In this document: positions 1-12,630 of the stretch, piece by piece | Position numbering within the stretch: position 1 is the stretch's first letter | Layout of the letters: each line of letters starts with the position of its first letter | The notes under the pieces: model-generated | What the model was told of the DNA's origin: nothing | The model's database searches: none | Seen by the model: only the letters and a program-made list of their open reading frames with translations | Source: Eledone cirrhosa | Taxonomy: Eukaryota | Reading direction: 5' to 3' | Assembly (NCBI GenBank): GCA_964016885.1 | Contig: OZ024755.1 | Location: 44,454,001 to 44,518,000, forward strand | Length of the DNA stretch: 64,000 nucleotides | Position numbers and translations under genes: made by a program

Positions 1-3000
1 TACCAACGTATACTGTGTACCACAGTTGACAGTACCAACGTATACTGTTTACCACAGTTGACAATACCAACATATACTGTGTACCTCAGTTGACAGTACC
101 CACATATACTGTGTACCACAGTTGACAGTTCCAACATATAAGGTGTACCACTGTTGATACTACCGACATATACTGTGTAGCACAGTTGACAGTACTAACA
201 TATACTGTGTACCACAGTTGAGAGTACCACCATATACTGGGTACCACTGTTGACAGTACCAACATATACTGTGTACCACAGTTGACAGTACCAACATATA
301 CTGTGTACCATAGTTGACAGTACCAACATATCCTGTGTACCTCAGTTGTCAGTACCAACATATACTGTATACCACAGTTGACAGTACCAACATATACTGT
401 GTACCTCTGTTGACAGTACCAACATATACCGTGTACCACAGTTGACAGTACCAACATATACTGTGTACCACAGCTGACACTACCAACATATACTTGTACC
501 TCAATTGACAGTACTACCATATATTGTGTACCACCGTTGACAATACCAACGTATACTGTGTACCACAGTTGACAGTACCAACGTATACTGTGCACCACAG
601 TTGACAGTACCAACATATACTGTGTACCACAGTTGACAATACCAACATATACTGTGTACCACAGTTGACAATACCAACACATATAGTGTACCACAGTTGA
701 CAGTACCAACGTATACTGTGTACCACAGTTGCCAATGCCAACATATACTGTGTACCACAGTTGAGAGTACCAACATGTAACGTGTACCACAGTTGACACT
801 ACCAACGTATACTGTGTACCACAGTTGACAATACCAACATATACTGTGTACCACAGTTGACAGTACCCACATATACTGTGTACCACAGTTGAAAGTACCA
901 ACGTATACTGTGTACCACAGTTGACAACACCAACATATACTGTGTACCACAGTTGACAGTACCAACATATACTGTATACCACAGTTGACAGTACCAACAT
1001 ATACTGTGTACCACAGTTGACAGTACCAACATATACTGTGTACCACAGTTGACAGTACCAACATATACTGTATACCACAGTTGACAGTACCAACATATAC
1101 TGTGTACCACTGTTGACAGTACCAACATATACCGTGTACCACAGTTGACAGTACCAACATATACTGTGTACCACAGCTGACACTACCAACATATACTTGT
1201 ACCTCAGTTGACAGTATTACCATATATTGTGTACCACCGTTGACAATACCAACGTATACTGTGTACCACAGTTGACAGTACCAACGTATACTGTGCACCA
1301 CAGTTGACAGTACCAAAATATACTGTGTACCACAGTTGACAATACCAACATATACTGTGTACCACAGTTGACAATACCAACACATATAGTGTACCACAGT
1401 TGACAGTACCAACGTATACTGTGTACCACAGTTGCCAATGCCAACATATACTGTGTACCACAGTTGAGAGTACCAACATATACTGTGTACCACAGTTGAC
1501 AGTACCAACATATACTGTGTACCACAGTTGACAGTACCAACATATACTGTGTACCACAGTTGACAGTACCAATGTATACTGTGTACCACAGTTGACAGTA
1601 CCAACATATACTGTGTACCACAGTTGACAGTACCAACATATACTGTGTACCATAGTTGACATTACCAACGTATATTGTGTTCCACAGTTGACAGTACCAA
1701 CATGTACTGTGTACCATAGTTGACAGTACCAACGTATACTGTGTACCACAGTTGACAGTACCAACGTATACTGTGTACCACAGTTGACAGTACCAACATA
1801 TAATGTGTACCACAGTTGACAGTATCATCATATACTGTGTACCACAGCTGACACTACCAACATATACTTGTACCTCAGTTGACAGTATTACCATATATTG
1901 TGTACCACCGTTGACAATACCAACGTATACTGTGTACCACAGTTGACAGTACCAACGTATACTGTGCACCACAGTTGACAGTACCAAAATATACTGTGTA
2001 CCACAGTTGACAATACCAACATATACTGTGTACCACAGTTGACAATACCAACACATATAGTGTACCACAGTTGACAGTACCAACGTATACTGTGTACCAC
2101 AGTTGCCAATGCCAACATATACTGTGTACCACAGTTGAGAGTACCAACATATACTGTGTACCACAGTTGACAGTACCAACATATACTGTGTACCACAGTT
2201 GACAGTACCAACATATACTGTGTACCACAGTTGACAGTACCAATGTATACTGTGTACCACAGTTGACAGTACCAACATATACTGTGTACCACAGTTGACA
2301 GTACCAACATATACTGTGTACCATAGTTGACATTACCAACGTATATTGTGTTCCACAGTTGACAGTACCAACATGTACTGTGTACCATAGTTGACAGTAC
2401 CAACGTATACTGTGTACCACAGTTGACAGTACCAACGTATACTGTGTACCACAGTTGACAGTACCAACGTATACTGTGTACCACAGTTGACAGTACCAAC
2501 ATATACTGTGTACCACAGTTGACAATACCAACACATATAGTGTACCACAGTTGACAGTACCAACGTATATTGTGTACCACAGTTGCCAATGCCAACATAT
2601 ACTGTGTACCACAGTTGAGAGTACCAACATGTAACGTGTACCACAGTTGACAGTACCAACGTATACTGTGTACCACAGTTGACAATACCAACATATACTG
2701 TGTACCACAGTTGACAGTACCAACATATACTGTGTACCACAGTTGAAAGTACCAACGTATACTGTGTACCACAGTTGACAACACCAACATATACTGTGTA
2801 TCACAGTTGACAGTACCAACATATACTGTATACCACAGTTGACAGTACCAACATATACTGTGTACCACAGTTGACAGTACCAACATATACTGTGTACCAC
2901 AGTTGACAGTACCAACATATACTGTATACCACAGTTGACAGTACCAACATATACTGTGTACCACTGTTGACAGTACCCACATATACTGTGTACCCTAGTT

Positions 3001-3471
3001 GACATTACCAACGTATATTGTGTACCACAGTTGACAGTACCAACATGTACTGTGTACCACAGTTGACAGTACCAACGTATACTGTGTACCACAGTTGACA
3101 GTACCAACGTATACTGTGTACCACAGTTGACAGTACCAACGTATACTGTGCACCACAGTTGACAGTACCAACATATACTGTGTACCACAGTTGACAATAC
3201 CAACATATACTGTGTACCACAGTTGACAATACCAACACATATAGTGTACCACAGTTGACAGTACCAACGTATACTGTGTACCACAGTTGCCAATGCCATC
3301 ATATACTGTGTACCACAGTTGAGAGTAACAACATATACTGTGTACCACAGTTGACAGTACCAACATATACTGTGTACCACAGTTGACAGTAGCAACATAT
3401 ACTGTGTACCACAGTTGACAGTACCAATGTATACTGTGTACCACAGTTGACAGTACCAACATATACTGTAT

Positions 3472-6400
3472 ACCACAGTTGACAGTACCAACATATACTG
3501 TGAACCCTAGTTGACATTACCAACGTATATTGTGTACCACAGTTGACAGTACCAACATGTACTGTGTACCACAGTTGACACTACCAACGTATACTGTGTA
3601 CCACAGTTGACAGTACCAACATATAACGTGTACCACAGTTGGCAGTACCATCATATACTCTGTACCACAGTTGACAGTACCAACATATATCGTGTACCAC
3701 AGTTAACAGTACCAACATATACTGTGTACCATAGTTGACATTACCAACGTATATTGTGTACCACAGTTGACAGTACCAACATACACCGTGTACAACAGTT
3801 GACAGTACCAACATATACTGTGTACCACAGTTGCGAGTACCAACATAAACTGTGTACCACAGTTGACAGTACCAACATATACTGTGTACCACAGTTGACA
3901 GTACCAACATATACTGTGTACCACTGTTGACAGTACCAACATATACCGTGTACCACAGTTGACAGTACCAACATATACTGTGTACCTCAGTTAACAGTAC
4001 CCACATATACTGTGTACCACAGTTGACAGTATAAACATATACTGTGTACCACAGTTGACAGTACCATCATATACTTTGTACCACAGTTAACAGTACCAAC
4101 ATATACTGTGTACCACAGTTGTCAGTACCAACGTATACTGTCTACCACAGTTGACAGTACCAACATATACTGTGTACCACAGTTGACACTACCAACATAT
4201 ACATTGTACCTCAGTTGACAGTACCAACATATACTGTGTACCACAGTTGACAGTACCAACATATACTGTGTACAACAGCTGACACTACCAACATATACTT
4301 GTACCTCAGTTGACAGTACTAACATATACTATGTACCACAGTTGACAGTACCAACATATACTGTGTACCACAGTTGACAGTACCAACATATACTGTGTAC
4401 CACAGTTGACAGTACCAACATATACTCGGTGCCACTTTTCACAGTACCAACATATACTGTGTACCACAGTTGACAATACCAACGTATACTGTGTACCACA
4501 TTTGACAGTACCAACGTATACTGTGTACCACAGTTGACAGTACCAACATATACTGTGTACCACAGTTGACAGTACCAACATATACTGTGTACCACAGTTG
4601 ACAGTACTAACATATACTTTGTACTACAGTTGACAGTACCAACATATACTGTGTACCACAGTTGACAGTACCAACATGTACTGTGTACCACAGTTGACAG
4701 TACCAACATATACTGTGTACCACAGTTGGCAGTACCAACATATACAGTGTACCACAGTTGACAGTACCAACATATACTGTGTACCACATTTGACAGTACC
4801 AACATATACTGTGTACCACAGTTGACAGTACCAACATGTACCGTGAACCAAAGTTGACAGTACCAACATATACTGTGTACCACAGTTGAGAGTACCAACG
4901 TATAGTGTGTACCACAGTTGACAGTACCAACATATACTGTGTACCACAGTTGACAGTACCAACATATACTGGGTACCACAGTTCACAGTACCAAAGTATA
5001 CTGTGTACCACATTTGACAGTACCAACATATACTGTGTACCACAGTTGACAGTACCAACATATACTGTGTACCACTGTTGACTATACCAACATATACCGT
5101 GTACCACATTTGACTGTACCAACATATACTGTGTACCACTGTTGACAGTACCAACATATACTGTGTACCACAGTTGACAGTACCAACATGTACCGTGTAC
5201 CACAGTTGACAGTACCAACGTATACTGTGTATCACAGTTGACAATACAAACATATACTGTGTACCACAGTTGACAGTACCAACATATACTGTGTACCACA
5301 GTTGACAGTACCAACGTATACTGTGTACCACAGTTGACAGTACCAACGTATACTGGGTACCACATTTGACAGTACCAACATATACTGTGTACCACAGTTG
5401 ACAGTACCAACGTATAGTGTGTACCACAATTGACGATACCAACATATACTGTGTACCACAGTTGACAGTACCAACATATACTGTATACCACAGTTGACAG
5501 TACCGACATATACTGTGTACCACAGTTGACAATACCAACATATACTTTGTACCACGGTTGACAGTACCAACGTATACTGTGTACCACTGTTGACAATGTC
5601 AACATATACTGTGTACCACAGTTGTCATTACCAACATATACAGTGTACCACAGTTGACAGTACCAACATATACTGTGTACCACAGTTGACAGTACCAACA
5701 TATACTGTGTACCACAGTTGACAGTACCAACATGTACCGTGAACCACAGTTGACAGTACCAACGTATACTGTGTACCACAGTTGAATGTACCAGAGTATA
5801 GTGTGTACCACACTTGACAGTCCCAACATATTCTGTATACCACAGTTGACAGTACCAACATATACTGTGTACCACTGTTGACAGTACCAACATATACAGT
5901 GTACCACTGTTGACAGTACCAACATATACCGTGTACCACAGTTGACAGTACCAACATATACTGTGTACCACAGTTGAGACTACCAACATATACTGGGTAC
6001 GACTGTTGACAGTAACAACATATACTATGTACTACAGTTGACAGTACCAACATATACTGTGTACCACAGTTGACAGTACCAACGTATACTGTGTACCACA
6101 GTTGACAGTACCAACGTATACTGGTTACCAAATTTGACACTACCAACATATACTGTGTACCACAGTTGACAGTACCAACGTATACTGTGTACCACAGTTG
6201 ACGATACCAACATATACTGTGTACCACAGTTGACAGTACCAACATATACTGTATACCACAGTTGACAGTACCGACATATACTGTGTACCACAGTTGACAA
6301 TACCAACATATACTTTGTACCACGGTTGACAGTACCAACGTATACTGTGTACCACTGTTGACAATATCAACATATACTGTGTACCACAGTTGACATTACC

Positions 6401-9400
6401 AACATATACAGTGTACCACAGTTGACAGTAGCAACATATACTGTGTACCACAGTTGACAGTACCAACATATACTGTGTACCACAGTTGACAGTACCAACA
6501 TATACTGTGAACCCTAGTTGACATTACCAACGTATATTGTGTACCACAGTTGACAGTACCAACATGTACTGTGTACCACAGTTGACACTACCAACGTATA
6601 CTGTGTACCACAGTTGACAGTACCAACATATAACGTGTACCACAGTTGGCAGTACCATCATATACTCTGTACCACAGTTGACAGTACCAACATATATCGT
6701 GTACCACAGTTAACAGTACCAACATATACTGTGTACCATAGTTGACATTACCAACGTATATTGTGTACCACAGTTGACAGTACCAACATACACCGTGTAC
6801 AACAGTTGACAGTACCAACATATACTGTGTACCACAGTTGCGAGTACCAACATAAACTGTGTACCACAGTTGACAGTACCAACATATACTGTGTACCACA
6901 GTTGACAGTACCAACATATACTGTGTACCACTGTTGACAGTACCAACATATACCGTGTACCACAGTTGACAGTACCAACATATACTGTGTACCTCAGTTA
7001 ACAGTACCCACATATACTGTGTACCACAGTTGACAGTATAAACATATACTGTGTACCACAGTTGACAGTACCATCATATACTTTGTACCACAGTTAACAG
7101 TACCAACATATACTGTGTACCACAGTTGTCAGTACCAACGTATACTGTCTACCACAGTTGACAGTACCAACATATACTGTGTACCACAGTTGACACTACC
7201 AACATATACATTGTACCTCAGTTGACAGTACCAACATATACTGTGTACCACAGTTGACAGTACCAACATATACTGTGTACAACAGCTGACACTACCAACA
7301 TATACTTGTACCTCAGTTGACAGTACTAACATATACTATGTACCACAGTTGACAGTACCAACATATACTGTGTACCACAGTTGACAGTACCAACATATAC
7401 TGTGTACCACAGTTGACAGTACCAACATATACTCGGTGCCACTTTTCACAGTACCAACATATACTGTGTACCACAGTTGACAATACCAACGTATACTGTG
7501 TACCACATTTGACAGTACCAACGTATACTGTGTACCACAGTTGACAGTACCAACATATACTGTGTACCACAGTTGACAGTACCAACATATACTGTGTACC
7601 ACAGTTGACAGTACTAACATATACTTTGTACTACAGTTGACAGTACCAACATATACTGTGTACCACAGTTGACAGTACCAACATGTACTGTGTACCACAG
7701 TTGACAGTACCAACATATACTGTGTACCACAGTTGGCAGTACCAACATATACAGTGTACCACAGTTGACAGTACCAACATATACTGTGTACCACATTTGA
7801 CAGTACCAACATATACTGTGTACCACAGTTGACAGTACCAACATGTACCGTGAACCAAAGTTGACAGTACCAACATATACTGTGTACCACAGTTGAGAGT
7901 ACCAACGTATAGTGTGTACCACAGTTGACAGTACCAACATATACTGTGTACCACAGTTGACAGTACCAACATATACTGGGTACCACAGTTCACAGTACCA
8001 AAGTATACTGTGTACCACATTTGACAGTACCAACATATACTGTGTACCACAGTTGACAGTACCAACATATACTGTGTACCACTGTTGACTATACCAACAT
8101 ATACCGTGTACCACATTTGACTGTACCAACATATACTGTGTACCACTGTTGACAGTACCAACATATACTGTGTACCACAGTTGACAGTACCAACATGTAC
8201 CGTGTACCACATTTGACAGTACCAACGTATACTGTGTATCACAGTTGACAATAGAAACATATACTGTGTACCACAGTTGACAGTACCAACATATACTGTG
8301 TACCACAGTTGACAGTACCAACGTATACTGTGTACCACAGTTGACAGTACCAACGTATACTGGGTACCACATTTGACAGTACCAACATATACTGTGTACC
8401 ACAGTTGACAGTACCAACGTATAGTGTGTACCACAATTGACGATACCAACATATACTGTGTACCACAGTTGACAGTACCAACATATACTGTATACCACAG
8501 TTGACAGTACCGACATATACTGTGTACCACAGTTGACAATACCAACATATACTTTGTACCACGGTTGACAGTACCAACGTATACTGTGTACCACTGTTGA
8601 CAATGTCAACATATACTGTGTACCACAGTTGTCATTACCAACATATACAGTGTACCACAGTTGACAGTACCAACATATACTGTGTACCACAGTTGACAGT
8701 ACCAACATATACTGTGTACCACAGTTGACAGTACCAACATGTACCGTGAACCACAGTTGACAGTACCAACGTATACTGTGTACCACAGTTGAATGTACCA
8801 GAGTATAGTGTGTACCACACTTGACAGTCCCAACATATTCTGTATACCACAGTTGACAGTACCAACATATACTGTGTACCACTGTTGACAGTACCAACAT
8901 ATACAGTGTACCACTGTTGACAGTACCAACATATACCGTGTACCACAGTTGACAGTACCAACATATACTGTGTACCACAGTTGAGACTACCAACATATAC
9001 TGGGTACGACTGTTGACAGTAACAACATATACTATGTACTACAGTTGACAGTACCAACATATACTGTGTACCACAGTTGACAGTACCAACGTATACTGTG
9101 TACCACAGTTGACAGTACCAACGTATACTGGTTACCAAATTTGACACTACCAACATATACTGTGTACCACAGTTGACAGTACCAACGTATACTGTGTACC
9201 ACAGTTGACGATACCAACATATACTGTGTACCACAGTTGACAGTACCAACATATACTGTATACCACAGTTGACAGTACCGACATATACTGTGTACCACAG
9301 TTGACAATACCAACATATACTTTGTACCACGGTTGACAGTACCAACGTATACTGTGTACCACTGTTGACAATATCAACATATACTGTGTACCACAGTTGA

Positions 9401-9515
9401 CATTACCAACATATACAGTGTACCACAGTTGACAGTAGCAACATATACTGTGTACCACAGTTGACAGTACCAACATATACTGTGTACCACAGTTGACAGT
9501 ACCAACATATACTGT
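3472..9515. repeat. Tandem duplication of a 3,007-bp (94-monomer) block
   Basis: Rare variants recur at +3007 (tgaaccctag ~3501/6508, actcggtgccacttttcac ~4424/7431, gaatgtaccagag ~5784/8791). Matching ORFs at 3581/6588 and 4607/7614. 3007 = 94x32-1. Confidence 0.93.
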
Positions 9516-10600
9516 GTACCATAGTTGATAGTACCAACGTATATTGTGTACCACAGTTGAGAGTACCAACATACACCGTGTACGACAATTGACAGTAAAA
9601 ACATATACCGTGTACCACAGTTGAGAGTACCAACATAAACTGTGTACCACAGTTGACAGTACCAACATATACTGTGTACCACAGTTGACAGTACCAACAT
9701 ATACTGTGTACCACAGTTGACAGTACCAACATATACTGTATACCACAGTTGACAGTACCAACATATACTGTGTACCACAGTTGACAGTACCAACATATAC
9801 TGTGTACCACAGTTGACAGTACCAACATATACTGTGTACCACAGTTGACAGTACTAACATATACTGTGTACTACAGTTGACAGTACCAACATATATTGTG
9901 TACCACAGTTGACAGTACCAACATATACTGTGTACCACAGTTGGCAGTACCAACATATAATGTGTACCTCAGTTGACAGTACCAACATATACTGTGTACC
10001 ACAGTTGACAGTACCAACGTATACTGTGTACCACAGTTGACAGTACCAACGTATACTGTGTACCACAGTTGACAGTACCAATATATACTGTGTAACACAG
10101 TTGACAATACCAACATATAATGTGTACCACAGTTGACAGTACCAACGTATACTGTGAACCACTGTTGTCAATACCAACATATACTGTGTACTACAGTTGA
10201 CAGAACCAACATATACAGTGTACCACGGTTGACAGTACCAACATATACTGTGTACCACAGTTGACAGTACCAACATATACTGTGTACCACAGTTGACAGA
10301 GCCAACATGTACCGTGAACCACAGTTGACAGTACCAACGTATACTGTGTACCACAGTTGAGAGTACCAACGTATAGTGTGTACCACAGTTGACAGTACCA
10401 ACATATACTGTGTACCACAGTTGACAGTACCAACATATACTGTGTACCACAGTTCACAGTACCAACGTATACTGTGTACCACATTTGACAGTACCAACAT
10501 ATACTGTGTACCACAGTTGACAGTACCAACATATACTGTGTACCACTTTTGACAGTACCAACATATACCGTGTATCACATTTGACAGTACTAACATATAC
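3500..10600. repeat. Diverged satellite sub-domain with weak HOR and many private variants (paralog at ~23550-27650)
   Basis: Only two marker monomers (4306, 7313) in about 7 kb, and neither is followed by the usual downstream HOR variants. Multi-substitution monomers such as actcggtgccacttttcac, ggttaccaaatttgacac and gacaatgtcaac occur only here and in the paralog. Confidence 0.8.
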
Positions 10601-10953
10601 TGTGTACCACTGTTGACAGTACCAACGTATACTGTGTACCACAGTTGACAATACCAACATATACTGTGTACCACAGTTGACAGTACCAACATATACTGTG
10701 TACCACAGTTGAAAGTACCAACGTATACTGTGTACCACAGTTGACAACACCAACATATACTGTGTACCTCAGTTGACAGTACCAACATATACTGTATACC
10801 ACAGTTGACAGTACCAACATATACTGTGTACCACAGTTGACAGTACCAACATATACTGTGTACCACAGTTGACAGTACCAACATATACTGTATACCAGAG
10901 TTGACAGTACCAACATATACTGTGTACCACTGTTGACAGTACCAACATATACA

Positions 10954-12630
10954 GTGTACCACAGTTGACATTACCAACATATACTGTGTACCACAGCTGA
11001 CAATACCAACATATACTTGTACCTCAGTTGACAGTACTACCATATATTGTGTACCACCGTTGACAATACCAACGGATACTGTGTACCACAGTTGACAGTA
11101 CCAACGTATACTGTGCACCACAGTTGACAGTACCAACATATACTGTGTACCACAGTTGACAATACCAACATATACTGTGTACCACAGTTGACAATACCAA
11201 CACATATAGTGTACCACAGTTGACAATACCAACACATATAGTGTACCACAGTTGACAGTACCAACGTATACTGTGTACCACAGTTGCCAATGCCAACATA
11301 TACTGTGTACCTCAGTTGAGAGTACCAACATGTACCGTGTACCACAGTTGACAGTACCAACGTATACTGTGTACCACAGTTGACAGTACCAACGTATACT
11401 GTTTACCACAGTTGACAATACCAACATATACTCTGTACCAGAGTTGACAGTACCCACATATACTGTGTACCACAGTTGACAGTTCCAACATATAAGGTGT
11501 ACCACTGTTGATACTACCGACATATACTGTGTAGCACAGTTGACAGTACTAACATATACTGTGTACCACAGTTGAGAGTACCACCATATACTGGGTACCA
11601 CTGTTGACAGTACCAACATATACTGTGTACCACAGCTGACACTACCAACATATACTTGTACCTCAGTTGACAGTATTACCATATATTGTGTACCACCGTT
11701 GACAATACCAACGTATACTGTGTACCACAGTTGACAGTACCAACGTATACTGTGCACCACAGTTGACAGTACCAAAATATACCGTGTACCACAGTTGACA
11801 TTACCAACATATACTGTGTACCACAGCTGACAATACCAACATATACTTGTACCTCAGTTGACAGTACTACCATATATTGTGTACCACCGTTGACAATACC
11901 AACGGATACTGTGTACCACAGTTGACAGTACCAACGTATACTGTGCACCACAGTTGACAGTACCAACATATACTGTGTACCACAGTTGACAATACCAACA
12001 TATACTGTGTACCACAGTTGACAATACCAACACATATAGTGTACCACAGTTGACAATACCAACACATATAGTGTACCACAGTTGACAGTACCAACGTATA
12101 CTGTGTACCACAGTTGCCAATGCCAACATATACTGTGTACCTCAGTTGAGAGTACCAACATGTACCGTGTACCACAGTTGACAGTACCAACGTATACTGT
12201 GTACCACAGTTGACAGTACCAACGTATACTGTTTACCACAGTTGACAATACCAACATATACTCTGTACCAGAGTTGACAGTACCCACATATACTGTGTAC
12301 CACAGTTGACAGTTCCAACATATAAGGTGTACCACTGTTGATACTACCGACATATACTGTGTAGCACAGTTGACAGTACTAACATATACTGTGTACCACA
12401 GTTGAGAGTACCACCATATACTGGGTACCACTGTTGACAGTACCAACATATACTGTGTACCACAGCTGACACTACCAACATATACTTGTACCTCAGTTGA
12501 CAGTATTACCATATATTGTGTACCACCGTTGACAATACCAACGTATACTGTGTACCACAGTTGACAGTACCAACGTATACTGTGCACCACAGTTGACAGT
12601 ACCAAAATATACCGTGTACCACAGTTGACA
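10954..12630. repeat. Tandem duplication of an 830-bp (26-monomer) block
   Basis: aacggatac (~11071/11901), ctctgtaccagag (11431/12261) and ORFs 11024/11854 recur at +830 = 26x32-2. The paralogous region near 28000-28830 has a single copy. Confidence 0.9.
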
